In this document: in pieces, positions 35,972 to 44,750 of the stretch
How positions within the stretch are numbered: the first letter of the stretch is position 1
How the letters are laid out: each line of letters opens with the position of its first letter
Source of the DNA: Verrucomicrobiia bacterium
Lineage (GTDB): Bacteria; Patescibacteriota; Saccharimonadia; Saccharimonadales; JAGQNK01
Direction: 5' to 3'
Length of the DNA stretch: 64,000 nucleotides
NCBI GenBank assembly: GCA_035489575.1
Contig: DATHJY010000004.1
Span: 91,483-155,482, forward strand
Position numbers and translations under genes: made by a program
The notes under the pieces: generated by a model
Told to the model about the DNA's origin: nothing
What the model saw: the letters and a program-made list of their open reading frames with translations, nothing else
Database searches by the model: none

Positions 35972-36054
35972 GTTTGAGCCCAGAAGGCAGTTGGGTTAAA
36001 ACTTTAGCATGCCTATAGATAAACTCATACGATGTCTATTCTAATAGAGATATA
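35972..36054 (-). pseudogene. decayed copy of ychF promoter + first codons (copy C)
   Basis: An ungapped hand alignment to 35104-35186 gives 72/83 identities. The minus strand reads MSLSIGMLKF*. Confidence 0.5.
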
Positions 36055-36289
36055 TACAGCAATGGGACGTAAGGGGCGACTTAGGCTTGTTTATCGTAAA
36101 TCACGATCCGAGTTCCGGATTGTCCGAATAGATCGTAGAAACGAGAAAACTTATAAAGACCTGTAACCCTCTACGAATTGCTTGGAGTAGCCGCGGCTGC
36201 TGCCTGGCTTGGGTAGTTTAATCAATTCGAAAAACTAAAGAGTAAATGCTCTACATAGTAAGGTAAAGTTTGGGTAGTTAAGGAAAAAC

Positions 36290-36691
36290 ATGCGTATAAA
36301 TGTCAGCGTGATCGTAACCCACAATAAACAAGTCCTGCTGATGCAGCGCAGCCTAACGGACGATTATTTTGCTGGCGCGTGGGGCATCCCTGGTGGCTAT
36401 ATGGAACCGGACGAGATGTACCTGGAAGAAACAGCTATCCGCGAGACCATGGAAGAAATGGGCGTAAGGATTAAGCCCACGGGTGTAATTGCAAATAACA
36501 GGAACAACGACACCGATACCTTCTACCTCGTTGTGTCCGCCGAGCTAGAAAATCCTGACGACTATCCCAAGAACATCAAGCTATCCGAAGAGGCCAATGA
36601 TTTCAAATGGGTTGGCAAGGATGAGATTGATAATCTGGAATTTACACCCTACACCATCGATCGTGTACGCAAGGCGTTAGCGGAGGCGTAG
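36290..36691 (+). CDS. NUDIX hydrolase
   Basis: Nudix box GGYMEPDEMYLEETAIRETMEEMGV (Gx5Ex7REUxEExGU). Confidence 0.85.
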   Translation: MRINVSVIVTHNKQVLLMQRSLTDDYFAGAWGIPGGYMEPDEMYLEETAIRETMEEMGVRIKPTGVIANNRNNDTDTFYLVVSAELENPDDYPKNIKLSEEANDFKWVGKDEIDNLEFTPYTIDRVRKALAEA

Positions 36692-36830
36692 CGGGACAAC
36701 GGGTTAATATCCTGACCCCGTCTAAAAAGCTTACAAGCCTCTCACTCCCGAAGATCGAGGTCCTTATTATATTGTTTGATGCCGGTAGCTTGGTCGGCTT
36801 TTGGCTGCGTGGTTACTCTCTGTCGGTGGT

Positions 36831-38822
36831 CTACTGTATGACGGCTTGCATAGCGGCCTGATGGCTTGCGTATTCATTGCCGGTTTTGGTCCACAGTTCT
36901 ATGAGCAGGGCAGGTATGCCGCGCTTGTCGTGTAGCCAGTCTTCAAGGGCACCGGTGGTGTCGTATTCAAACAGTTCGCCCGTGGCACTGCTGGCGGCGT
37001 ATCCGACATTGGACTTCTGGTCGTACAGATGTGCCAAAGAATCACTGTTGACCGAGCCATTGGGCATAACCACACCAGCTACGGCGTGATAGGTGAGCAC
37101 CAGGCTGGCACCAGTGACATAACTAGCTAGGGCAGCAGACTCTGGCTCTGACAGCGGAGCTGAGCCACCGCCAGACGGGTTGAAGGACTTGTCTGGCATG
37201 GCCACGCCGGACTTCCAGTTGTTGGCAGGGAAGTTGCGGTTGAGGTCTACGTTATGGGCATTGGTGCGACGGTTGACTGCATAGCCGTCGGGGTTGAGTG
37301 TAGGAACGATAACGATTGTTCGGCCACCGGGGATAGCGCCACTGGCCTCCAGGTAATCTACCCAGCGACTGAGGATGATACTAGAGCTTTTCTCGTCCCC
37401 ATGCGTACCGCCTACAAACACCACCTTGCTGGGGCCGCTGCCAAAACTGTAGGCAGTTATGCCACGGCCCTGGACCGAGGTGCCAATACTAAAGACCGAC
37501 TGGCAGATGGTGCGTGACTTGAACTGCCAGGCTGATCCGCCAGAGATACCGTAGGAGTTTTGCAGGCCATCTACTACTTTGATAGTTAGCGCAGCGCAGC
37601 GTGGCAGCGGCGTGTCGGGGGTGATGACTGCGGTGTTGCCACGTACTTGTACGCCTGCTGCAACCGCGGTGCCGCCGGCTTCCAGCCGAATAAAGTTGTT
37701 CGTTGCTTGGGTTGCGGATAGGGCAGAGTCAAAAGTGAGGGTTATGCTGCCACTGGTTGAAACTTTATAGCTTCCGATATTGGTGCCCAAAACCTTCGGG
37801 CCACCGGATGTCTTAAAGTCTTGGGTGAATGGTGCAGTGAGCGATCCGCCGTCTTCGGCCTTGATGGTGTCAATTGATACTGTGAACTGCGCGCTGCGAG
37901 CCAAAGGTTGCCCAAAGCGAACGGTTAGTGTGGTGCCGCTAACTGACGCTGTGGTAGGTATCTCTTGTCTTTGGCCAGCCACCTGATATAGATGGACACC
38001 TTGCACCGATACAGCAGGGCGATTCAGGGTCAGCACCAGCTCGATTGGTGCGTGATACACAATATATGTATGAGGAATGCTTGATCCAACGACAATGACA
38101 CTCTGCACCGTAGACAAGGTACGTGTGAACAGGGTGCCCGCTGCTTGACCCTTGTATTGTCGCTCCAGGGTGAAGTCGTATTTGGCTGACTGACTCAAGC
38201 CCATCTGAGTGACATCACACTTGAGTGAGGTGTCTTGCTTGTTGCAGGCTACCTTGCGGTCGCCGGCCTGCAATTGGTAATCAAAGATACGGTCATACTC
38301 TGTAAGCTGCAGATCCAGCGGTTCCTGCACAGGAATGGGTTTTTCCAGTGCCGCCTGATTCATGACAGCTGGAAAAGTGTTGGTGGTTACGCGTATTTGT
38401 TTTTTGAACGCCGCAGCATGCAGCGTGACGGTGTTGGTATGGTTTTCCTGGGGAGCAGCTAGGGGGCTAAAGCAAGTACTATGGGAATAGAGGGGATACC
38501 CAGCAACCGACAGACTAGGCTGGGCAGCTGCAGAATAATGCGCGTTCTTTGTCTGTGAAACGAGCCGAGGAAATAGTACGGGTTGTGCCAGGCAGGTGTC
38601 AGTGGCATACGAGAAGACGACACTGCGAGGCCACAGAAAGGCAGCGGCATAGAATAAGGTTGCCGCAGTTACGCACAACCCCGTCACCAGGGCTAGATTA
38701 TTGAAGGTGACCCACCTCTTTGCAACAGCCACTAGCTTGCCCATGCCCCGAGCGATACGGCTTTTTGTCGATCCCGTACGAGTCAGCAATAACAGGGGTG
38801 TTTTGGTAACGTTCGTGTGCAT
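36831..38822 (-). CDS. membrane-anchored M14-family zinc carboxypeptidase with long beta-rich N-terminal region
   Basis: The C-terminal GGTHGDEKSS, NAHNVDLNRNFP and LTYH fit M14 motifs. An N-terminal TM helix is present. The start is uncertain: ATG 38822, with the track TTG at 38876. Confidence 0.75.
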   Translation of the reverse strand: MHTNVTKTPLLLLTRTGSTKSRIARGMGKLVAVAKRWVTFNNLALVTGLCVTAATLFYAAAFLWPRSVVFSYATDTCLAQPVLFPRLVSQTKNAHYSAAAQPSLSVAGYPLYSHSTCFSPLAAPQENHTNTVTLHAAAFKKQIRVTTNTFPAVMNQAALEKPIPVQEPLDLQLTEYDRIFDYQLQAGDRKVACNKQDTSLKCDVTQMGLSQSAKYDFTLERQYKGQAAGTLFTRTLSTVQSVIVVGSSIPHTYIVYHAPIELVLTLNRPAVSVQGVHLYQVAGQRQEIPTTASVSGTTLTVRFGQPLARSAQFTVSIDTIKAEDGGSLTAPFTQDFKTSGGPKVLGTNIGSYKVSTSGSITLTFDSALSATQATNNFIRLEAGGTAVAAGVQVRGNTAVITPDTPLPRCAALTIKVVDGLQNSYGISGGSAWQFKSRTICQSVFSIGTSVQGRGITAYSFGSGPSKVVFVGGTHGDEKSSSIILSRWVDYLEASGAIPGGRTIVIVPTLNPDGYAVNRRTNAHNVDLNRNFPANNWKSGVAMPDKSFNPSGGGSAPLSEPESAALASYVTGASLVLTYHAVAGVVMPNGSVNSDSLAHLYDQKSNVGYAASSATGELFEYDTTGALEDWLHDKRGIPALLIELWTKTGNEYASHQAAMQAVIQ

Positions 38823-39023
38823 TTTTGTATTCTTTTTGTCTATATAAACATTAGCATAATTATGCACTGAAGTCAATATAATGATATTGCAAACACATCC
38901 TGCTAGGGCAGTATCGCCAAGTTACTCTCTTGGAGTGGGTTCTTTTATGTTTTGCCAGAGAGTTTGTTATACTTGCAGGTAAAGGATAAGCATTTGCGGG
39001 AAGGGTTTCGCTCGATATCAGCG

Positions 39024-39617
39024 ATGTGGGGACGCAAAAAGAATAAAACTAGTGATGTAACTGCAAGTACGTCGCCTACGCAGGCGACTGCTAAGCTGGA
39101 CCATACCATTGTGTCGTCTGGTAAATCAAAGCGCTCTTTTTCTTGGAGCAAGTTGTCTAAGAAGCGCAAGATTATTTTGCTGGCAGTGGTAGTACTGGCT
39201 GCGGCGTTGCTGGTAACGGCTGTGATTGTATTGGTGGAAATCCTACGCAAAGATCCGGTCGAGCCTCTGCCCACGACCGAGCAAGCTACAACTGAAATGC
39301 TAGCCGACTTTTATAAGCGACGAGACGAACAGGCGCAGCAAGCCTCACCCGAGGTTCAGATAGGCGGCCAGTTCAAAACCTACGAAGATAAAATTACCAA
39401 CAACCAAGCCGGCAACGATGACAATGAGCGGTTCACTACCTATAGCCAAGCAGCCTTCTTGGGCGCCCGCCTGAACAAGTCACAGGCTGCCGAGTATGCC
39501 AAGAAGGCCTTAGGGTACAGCAACACTATGGATAAGGCATCTAAAGAAGCCAGTGCCGGACTTATCAAAAGCTTAGAGGCGGTAGCCAAGGGAGATTACC
39601 ATGCCTTTACGCAGTAA
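39024..39617 (+). CDS. single-pass membrane-anchored hypothetical protein
   Basis: The ATG at 39024 gives MWGRKKNK, then the TM helix IILLAVVVLAAALLVTAVIVLV. Its 3' end overlaps the next ORF by 17 nt. Confidence 0.5.
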   Translation: MWGRKKNKTSDVTASTSPTQATAKLDHTIVSSGKSKRSFSWSKLSKKRKIILLAVVVLAAALLVTAVIVLVEILRKDPVEPLPTTEQATTEMLADFYKRRDEQAQQASPEVQIGGQFKTYEDKITNNQAGNDDNERFTTYSQAAFLGARLNKSQAAEYAKKALGYSNTMDKASKEASAGLIKSLEAVAKGDYHAFTQ

Positions 39618-41994
39618 AAAATCGTTAGCACTGATCTTTGTATTTGCGTTTGTAGTGAGCGCAGTGTGGGGCGTGGCAAAACCACCAAAAGCAGCTGCTC
39701 AACGGTCTAATACCTCCCATGTCTGTCGACGGTTTGCTGATGTCGTAAGCCAAGGAAGGCTGCCGAGTGGGTATACCTATGTCACCTTCGAATATGGTGT
39801 ATTGGGCAACGACTATGGTCGCCGCTTCATGAACAGCAGTGGTACAACGGTGGCAGATGCAAACGGTGCTTGGTTCAACGATAGTGGTTCTGGCTGCACG
39901 GCTTCGGGTCTATCGGCGCTGTATTGGGATGGCAATACGGTGTCTTATAACGGTGGGTTTTATCAGGCAGTTTTTGATGCGGCTCATACTCAGCCGTCTG
40001 CAGTGCACGATATATACCTGGGCTTTCCCGGCGGTGCCGCTGGCAATGCCACGGGCTATAATTATTGTGGAGTAGCCAATATTGGGTGGCAGGATGCACC
40101 TTATGGGTTTCGAAACACCTTTGGCATATCAAACTGTCCGCTTGCGCCGTTTGCGAGCCTCAATGATTCGCTGAGAGTCATACTTGGTAATCGCACTGCT
40201 ATCTGTATGGGCATGGCCTTTAATGTAGGGCGGAGTACGGGTGCCAACGATGCGGTGTGTGACCGCGGAACCAGTCCTCCGGACCCTCGCTATAATATGT
40301 TTGACGCGGCCAAGGTGTATGAGGGTGGGGGTGACTTTGCGGGCCACCTGAACGGTGGAAGCGCCGCGGCCCGTAACAATATCCACGCTTTTTATAGAGG
40401 TGCTGTTGCAGCACAAACACCTATATCGGCCCTGGATGCTGATTTGCGGGATGGCAGCTTCCAGCTGATCGTATTCTCTGGCAATACTCGTGATCCTATT
40501 CCTCCGTTTTTCCCCTGGAACACCGCGTGCCAGAGCCTCGCGCCTATAGCTGGTTTTTGCGCACCACCGGGCTTCCCAGATGACCCATACCTGAACCACA
40601 AAGCGTCGGTGTACGTCACCTATATCCTGGGGCCGCCAATAGTCAATCAGTTCAGCCTGACACCTATCGCAGACACCACCCTGAACCCAAATGACGAAGC
40701 GCCCACTTCTGTCACCTTTGCTTCAGGAATGACGGTAGCCAACAGCCCAGCGGGTTCACGTGTGAACGCTTCTATTAACCGCTCGTTCTTTATCCGTCGC
40801 GGCGCAACAACTATTCCGCTGCCACCCCCTCCGGGCGGCCCAGGATTTGTTACGACTAGCTTCGACTATCCTGCAGAGACACGGGCGTTGGTTGGCATGC
40901 AACTGGGTGACCAACTATGTGTGCGGATTGTGGTCAGCCCGGCGGAAGGTACGATGGCAGCAGATGGCACGGTTCAGACGGTAACGTTGGCTTCACGCGA
41001 GAGGGAAGAGTGCCAACAGATAGTCGCCAAGCCGTACTTTAGAGTCTATGGTGGTGATATCATCGCCGGTGCCGGCTATACTGGCGGGGCATCTTGTGGT
41101 AACCAAAATGCAGGTATTATCAGCTGGAACCGGCCAGGTGGTGCAGGACCATACATTGGTTCTGGCGGTCAACTTGGTGTCATGGCCATGGATATTATCT
41201 ACGAATTTGCGTCTGGTCAGGTACGCACCAACTCTAGTGCGGCAGCCTCGCCCAAGTCTTCTACCTTCGCCAATGTTAACCCGTCCTTTAGTAGTTACGG
41301 GGCAGGTACCTATGGTGGCGGTCTGTTTAGCGCCCCAGGCACCGCACCGTGTGCTCCGGATTGGTACGCAAATGCCACAGGGCCAGATCCTGGACCAACC
41401 CTGATTATTAACCCGGCGCCCAATGTTATTCAGACGCTCTATAGTAATCATGATCTCACTATACCTACGACCAACTTGGGGGCCGGCAGCAGGATTACCG
41501 TCTACGTGAATGGCAATGCCTTTATAGAAGGTACGGGTGTGAGGTATCAGGGAACAGGTGATTACGCCAATATCTATGACATTCCGTCGTTCAGGCTTAT
41601 CGTCCGTGGAAACATCTATATTCTCCCCAGTGTCTCGCAGCTAGATGGTGACTACATTGCACAACCAAGCAATGCCAACACGGGCCGTATCTATACATGC
41701 GGTGGTCGGCCATGGATTGCCCGAGCCGGTCTGTCGCAGTACGTACCTGATGATGCGGCCATAAACACCACCTGCCGTACTCGACTGACGGTGTACGGTA
41801 CGATGACCGCCGAAGTGCTGAAGCTACTGCGTACAGCTGGCACACAGGCAACGTCTGTACCGAATGAGAACTTCTCTGCAGGAGGCAATCCTGGCGAAGT
41901 CTTTATCAACAGCGCCGAAAGCTGGTTGAGTGGTGGGTTAGACACGGGTCAGGGTGCGGCCGACGGCTATGCGCCATTACCACCGGTCCTTTAG
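39601..41994 (+). CDS. large secreted hypothetical protein (797 aa) leading the pilus gene block
   Basis: N-terminal signal peptide (SLALIFVFAFVVSAVWGVAKPPKAAAQ). Gly/Asn/Thr/Ala-rich with scattered Cys. No recognisable domain. Confidence 0.6.
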   Translation: MPLRSKKSLALIFVFAFVVSAVWGVAKPPKAAAQRSNTSHVCRRFADVVSQGRLPSGYTYVTFEYGVLGNDYGRRFMNSSGTTVADANGAWFNDSGSGCTASGLSALYWDGNTVSYNGGFYQAVFDAAHTQPSAVHDIYLGFPGGAAGNATGYNYCGVANIGWQDAPYGFRNTFGISNCPLAPFASLNDSLRVILGNRTAICMGMAFNVGRSTGANDAVCDRGTSPPDPRYNMFDAAKVYEGGGDFAGHLNGGSAAARNNIHAFYRGAVAAQTPISALDADLRDGSFQLIVFSGNTRDPIPPFFPWNTACQSLAPIAGFCAPPGFPDDPYLNHKASVYVTYILGPPIVNQFSLTPIADTTLNPNDEAPTSVTFASGMTVANSPAGSRVNASINRSFFIRRGATTIPLPPPPGGPGFVTTSFDYPAETRALVGMQLGDQLCVRIVVSPAEGTMAADGTVQTVTLASREREECQQIVAKPYFRVYGGDIIAGAGYTGGASCGNQNAGIISWNRPGGAGPYIGSGGQLGVMAMDIIYEFASGQVRTNSSAAASPKSSTFANVNPSFSSYGAGTYGGGLFSAPGTAPCAPDWYANATGPDPGPTLIINPAPNVIQTLYSNHDLTIPTTNLGAGSRITVYVNGNAFIEGTGVRYQGTGDYANIYDIPSFRLIVRGNIYILPSVSQLDGDYIAQPSNANTGRIYTCGGRPWIARAGLSQYVPDDAAINTTCRTRLTVYGTMTAEVLKLLRTAGTQATSVPNENFSAGGNPGEVFINSAESWLSGGLDTGQGAADGYAPLPPVL

Positions 41995-42025
41995 CCAAAT
42001 AACAGTTTGTGTGCGCCAAAAAGCT

Positions 42026-42036
42026 TATGCTATACT
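42026..42036 (+). promoter_or_regulatory. extended -10 element (TATGCTATACT) 9 nt upstream of pilM ATG
   Basis: The recurrent motif. Its spacing implies a leaderless or near-leaderless pilM transcript. Confidence 0.4.
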
Positions 42037-42045
42037 GAGGTCAAT

Positions 42046-43086
42046 ATGAGCATACTGAGTGGGGTATCCGACTTCTTTGGACTAGACATCGGAACCACTG
42101 CTATCCGTCTGGTAGATCTACGGGGCAGTGGTCCGGTAAAGGCTCTTTCGCGTTACGCCTATGCACCGGTAGACGCCAAGATAGCCGTAAGTGATTCAAA
42201 GGCTGACCAACAAAAGCTAGCCGCAGCAATTGCAGACCTGGTGTCGCAGGCACATGTCCTCAGTCGCAACGTTGCGGTGGGTATTCCGTCTCAACGAGTC
42301 TTTACGACGGTGGTAGACATTGATCGCCTGGCTCCCGGAGAGCTCGCCAAGACCATCCAATATCAGGCTGACTCACTGGTCCCAACACCTCTGGCACAGT
42401 CCAAGCTAGACTGGGCAGTTATCGGTGATTCACCCAAGGACAACACCAAGGTAGAAGTACTGCTAACAAGTGTGAGCAACGACTTCGTAGAAGGTCGCCT
42501 GGACATGCTGGAATCTATCGGTCTGAATGTTATTGCGTTCGAGCCTGACAACCTGGCTCTTACCCGTGCCATGTTGGCACCAGATTCAACCTTGCCACAG
42601 ATGGTTCTAGATATCGGCAACAAGAGCACAGACTTGGTTATCGCCATGAACGGTGCACCGCGACTAACTCGATCAATTCCAACAGGCTCCGAATCTATTG
42701 TCCGGGCTGCCATGCAAAATCTGAACATTGACGAAAAGCAGGCAGAGCAGTTTGTGTTCAAGTTTGGCCTGAGCAAAGACAAACTGGAAGGCCAGATACA
42801 TCAGGCAATCAGCGGCACCGTCGACCTGCTTATCACAGAAATAGAGAAGTCTATCAAGTTCTTCCAGACTCGCTATGTAGATTCTCGTATTGATCGCATC
42901 ATTGTTACGGGCGGCGCCTCGGCTTTGCCGGAGTTTCCGCTGTATGTTGCCAATAAGTTTGGCATAAGTGTAGAGATAGGCAATGCATGGCGTAACGTCA
43001 GCTTTGCAGCTGATAAACAGAATGAACTCCTGGCAGTATCTAACCACTTTGGCGTAGCAGCTGGGCTTGCGGAGAGGACCGAATAA
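42046..43086 (+). CDS. pilM: type IV pilus assembly protein PilM (actin-like ATPase fold)
   Basis: FFGLDIGTTAIRLV, VLDIGNKSTDLVI and IIVTGGASALPE are PilM/FtsA-like phosphate motifs. Confidence 0.85.
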   Translation: MSILSGVSDFFGLDIGTTAIRLVDLRGSGPVKALSRYAYAPVDAKIAVSDSKADQQKLAAAIADLVSQAHVLSRNVAVGIPSQRVFTTVVDIDRLAPGELAKTIQYQADSLVPTPLAQSKLDWAVIGDSPKDNTKVEVLLTSVSNDFVEGRLDMLESIGLNVIAFEPDNLALTRAMLAPDSTLPQMVLDIGNKSTDLVIAMNGAPRLTRSIPTGSESIVRAAMQNLNIDEKQAEQFVFKFGLSKDKLEGQIHQAISGTVDLLITEIEKSIKFFQTRYVDSRIDRIIVTGGASALPEFPLYVANKFGISVEIGNAWRNVSFAADKQNELLAVSNHFGVAAGLAERTE

Positions 43087-43087
43087 T

Positions 43088-43777
43088 ATGATTCAGTTCA
43101 ATCTTCTCCCGGATGTCAAACTAGAGTACATCAAGGCTCGCCGGAGCAAGCGGTTGGTTATGTTGGGCTCTCTCGTGGTAAGTGGCATTGCCGTAGCCAT
43201 CATGGTGATACTGTTCTTTGGCGTTAACGTACTGCAAAGGCAGCATCTTTCACACCTGCAAGGCGACATTGATCGCGACAGCAAAAAGCTAGAAGACACC
43301 GAGAACCTCGACAAGATTCTGACGGTCCAAAACCAGCTCCATGTCTTGAACGAACTGCACACCAAGAAGCCCGTTGCAACGCGCATGTCTACCTATATCC
43401 CACAGCTGACTCCAAAAGATATCACCATCTCGTCACTAGACGTTGATTTTACGGCTAACACCATAGCCATAGACGGGAGCGGTACCAGCCTGAGTGAGAT
43501 CAATAAGTTCGTTGACACCCTCAAGTTCGCCAAATACACCGCGGGCGATCAGACCGGTAAGCCATTCTCGAGTGTTGTGTTGGCTGGCTTTGGGCTAAAC
43601 GCAGAGCAAGCGACTCCTGGCGGTGCCAGGGCAACCTACCAGATTACGCTGAGCTTTGACACGATTATTTTCGACAGTGCCAACGAAGTTACACTGCAAG
43701 TTCCTGCTGGGGTCAGTACACGATCGGTTACCGAAAAACCTGATTCTATTTTCCAGCAGCAAGGAGGAACCCAGTAA
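43088..43777 (+). CDS. pilN: PilN-like pilus assembly protein
   Basis: The MIQFNLLPDVK start and a single TM helix match PilN. It starts 2 nt after pilM. Confidence 0.65.
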   Translation: MIQFNLLPDVKLEYIKARRSKRLVMLGSLVVSGIAVAIMVILFFGVNVLQRQHLSHLQGDIDRDSKKLEDTENLDKILTVQNQLHVLNELHTKKPVATRMSTYIPQLTPKDITISSLDVDFTANTIAIDGSGTSLSEINKFVDTLKFAKYTAGDQTGKPFSSVVLAGFGLNAEQATPGGARATYQITLSFDTIIFDSANEVTLQVPAGVSTRSVTEKPDSIFQQQGGTQ

Positions 43778-44493
43778 TGGCCAGGTCGCAAGTTTCTGCA
43801 AAACGACTCATGATCAATAAGGCTAATTCTACTATTGTGATTGTGGTGGCCGTGGCGGCCTTTCTCACAGCCTTCTCACTGGTAGCCAGCCGGGCACTGC
43901 TAGGAAAGCGATCTTACCAGAACCGGGTAATCGCTGCCCAAGAAAAAGCGCGTGATCAGCTCCAGAAAAATATTAAAGAGGTAGAATCGCTCAATACGTC
44001 CTACATAGCATTTGTTGGTCAAGACCCCAACATCATCGGCGGTAGCCGTACGGGCACTGGTGACCGGGACGGTGACAACGCCAAGATTGTCCTAGACGCA
44101 CTGCCGAGCAAGTACGACTTCCCAGCGCTCACCTCAAGTATCGAGAAAATAATGAGCGGCAAAATACAGACCATCACTGGAGTTGATGACGAGGCTAACC
44201 AGAACACCGACGATGCCCAGCCGAGCACTTCCAGCGGTGTAAGTCAGACTCAGAAAAAAGACACCCCTGGCAGCGCGGCAGCCGTAGACATGCCATTCGA
44301 GATGAGCGTCAAGGGCTCATATGTCAGCATGCAAGACGTGCTCAATACCTTGCAGCAATCCATCCGGCCAATCAATATCAACACTCTCACGTACACCGCT
44401 GGTGACTCAGGGAACGTTCAGCTGACTATTACTGCCAAATCTTTCTACCAACCCGAAAAGGTTCTGAAGATAACGACGGAGGAAGTAAAGTGA
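43777..44493 (+). CDS. PilO-like pilus assembly protein
   Basis: TAATG overlap with the upstream gene, an N-terminal TM helix and a coiled-coil segment. The call rests on position. Confidence 0.55.
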   Translation: MARSQVSAKRLMINKANSTIVIVVAVAAFLTAFSLVASRALLGKRSYQNRVIAAQEKARDQLQKNIKEVESLNTSYIAFVGQDPNIIGGSRTGTGDRDGDNAKIVLDALPSKYDFPALTSSIEKIMSGKIQTITGVDDEANQNTDDAQPSTSSGVSQTQKKDTPGSAAAVDMPFEMSVKGSYVSMQDVLNTLQQSIRPININTLTYTAGDSGNVQLTITAKSFYQPEKVLKITTEEVK

Positions 44494-44735
44494 AACAAAA
44501 AGACATAGCCCTTATCATTGTCATTGTATTTGTCAGTGCAGTCTTGTCGTTCTTTTTGTCGAATGCGCTTATCGGTACGCCTCAGAACAAGAAACAAAAG
44601 GCAGCTGTTGTAGAGGTTATTACTTCTGACTTTCAGGAACCAGACAAAAAATTCTTCAACGAAAAATCAGTCAACCCAACACAGACAATCACCATTGGCG
44701 ATAGCTCCAACCAGCAACCCTTTAGGGGCAACTAG
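44490..44735 (+). CDS. small single-TM protein in pilus operon (81 aa)
   Basis: GTGA overlap with the upstream gene and the TM helix IALIIVIVFVSAVLSFFL. Confidence 0.45.
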   Translation: MKQKDIALIIVIVFVSAVLSFFLSNALIGTPQNKKQKAAVVEVITSDFQEPDKKFFNEKSVNPTQTITIGDSSNQQPFRGN

Positions 44736-44750
44736 AATCAGCGGTCCACT

